This document shows, one piece after another, positions 7,942-9,011 of a DNA stretch of 9,011 nt. Source of the stretch: Octopus sinensis (taxonomy: Eukaryota). Position 1 is the first letter of the stretch; every line of letters starts with the position of its first letter. The position numbers and the translations under genes were made by a program. Below the pieces are notes generated by a model that made no database searches, was not told where the DNA came from, and worked only from the letters and a program-made list of their open reading frames with translations. Location: assembly GCF_006345805.1 (NCBI RefSeq), contig NW_021828148.1, positions 1-9,011 on the forward strand. Reading direction: 5' to 3'.

Positions 7942-7991
<50 letters not shown>

Positions 7992-8194
7992 GACCGCGTG
8001 TGTACTGTTGGCGATTTTTCCTCCGTCTTCCCTTCTTTGGATCTTTCCTTCTCCTATGTTTCTGACTGACGAAGTTCCGCTCGAAACGTTAGACCCTACT
8101 TCTTTCCTTCTTCCTGAGCGTCCATAATACTATACTTGTTCCACGTCCTCGTGTTGTTGTGTTTTCTCTTTGTGTTTTCATGTTTGGATTAACT
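7992..8194 (+). mobile_element. Second probable Penelope-like terminal remnant with a decayed hammerhead-like motif
   Basis: Lies between two (TA)n arrays. Pyrimidine-rich, with CTGACGA (8066-8072), GAAA (8083-8086), palindromic AACGTT and a T-rich 3' tail. Confidence 0.45.
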
Positions 8195-8237
8195 ATGTAT
8201 ATATATGTATATATATATATATATGTATATGTATATA

Positions 8238-8277
<40 letters not shown>

Positions 8278-8305
8278 TATATTATATATATATATATATA
8301 TATAT
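8195..8305. repeat. Imperfect (TA)n microsatellite (others at 7707-7731 and 7942-7990)
   Basis: Read directly. Confidence 0.97.
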
Positions 8306-8395
8306 TAGATACCGGAGTAAAAACACATAAATGTGAAACAAGGTGTAAAAAAGAGTACTCAAATACCTGTGTAGAGTAATATGCTTTAAATAAAG
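8305..8395 (-). repeat. Possible dispersed repeat fragment whose T-rich end abuts the (TA)n array
   Basis: The reverse complement is a T-rich tail running into (TA)n, like the fragments at 7520-7706 and 7992-8194. It resembles an octopus repeat from memory only. Confidence 0.3.
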
Positions 8396-8457
8396 TATAT
8401 ATATATATGTATATGTAGATACCCAACTAACTTCAGTACCGGCTTCGTTTTTTCCAG

Positions 8458-8709
8458 AATTTGAGTAGCATTTGCACGGACTCTGACAGCAGCTTTATCT
8501 GTTTTACTCTCTGTCATATCCATTTGATAGAGTACTCTCGATATCACAAAGTACTCTCTGTTATATCGATTTTAATATCGATTTGGGACCATCTGTTTCG
8601 GTCATTGTCGCCATACACACCAAAATTTCTGACGTTAATCTATTTTCGTAGAGACTCTTGCGAAACAAGAGAATGGGGCTGTTTGTGCGTTTTCTGTTTT
8701 CTAAATTAG
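8458..8709 (+). CDS. Candidate terminal coding exon (NLSSICTDSDSSFICFTLCHIHL...CLCVFCFLN*)
   Basis: Textbook 3' splice site: CTAAC branch (8427-8431), CTTCGTTTTTTCCAG| (8457). Only phase 0 is open, matching the 6752 donor, and it runs to TAG at 8707-8709. No strong donor or AATAAA was seen after it, and the distal half looks UTR-like. Confidence 0.35.
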   Translation, partial: NLSSICTDSDSSFICFTLCHIHLIEYSRYHKVLSVISILISIWDHLFRSLSPYTPKFLTLIYFRRDSCETREWGCLCVFCFLN

Positions 8710-8819
8710 ATAAGCCAAATTTTTTTTCCAATGCATTTATTCTTTTCTGTTTTACTTTACATTCAGTCGCAGCGCACAGCGCACACAATATACCATGCGT
8801 ACATACTCCCACATGCACA

Positions 8820-9011
8820 CATATCTACATAGATACAGATATATATATTATATATATATATATATACATATTTATATATATACATACATATATATATATA
8901 TTTATTATATACATACATACATACATATATTTATATACATATATATATATATATATATTACATATATATACATTCATACACACATATATATTCACATATA
9001 TACACATATAC
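8820..9011. repeat. Imperfect (TA)n/(TACA)n microsatellite, cut by the window end
   Basis: Read directly. Confidence 0.97.

Noticed and set aside
7747-7986. 79-aa plus-strand ORF MDWLRERR...
   Set aside because: It is antisense to the RTE C-terminus and runs into (TA)n.
1-9011. CRISPR array, prokaryotic operon or retron/DGR-type system around the RT
   Set aside because: No regularly spaced repeats with unique spacers and no intact genes. The RT is a eukaryotic LINE-type pseudogene.

Overview
AT-rich, microsatellite-saturated animal genomic DNA, not a prokaryotic locus. The SINE families and the dense (TA)n/(CA)n/(TATC)n arrays point to an octopus or other coleoid cephalopod (inference from recognised repeat sequence, no search run). 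The window holds: a decayed plus-strand CR1/L2-group LINE with recognisable reverse transcriptase motifs (about 640-2430); two tRNA-derived SINE families (one copy split by a nested insert, one inverted pair, one dimer bounded by a perfect 14-bp target-site duplication); the 3' end of an RTE LINE; two hammerhead-ribozyme-like motifs in probable Penelope-like remnants; and several plus-strand exon candidates with compatible splice phases that could encode an unidentified Cys-rich, possibly secreted protein. Most ORFs in the supplied track are translations of microsatellites. I found no demonstrably new biological system. The best leads are the hammerhead motifs, the SINE dimer and inverted pair, and the candidate Cys-rich gene.
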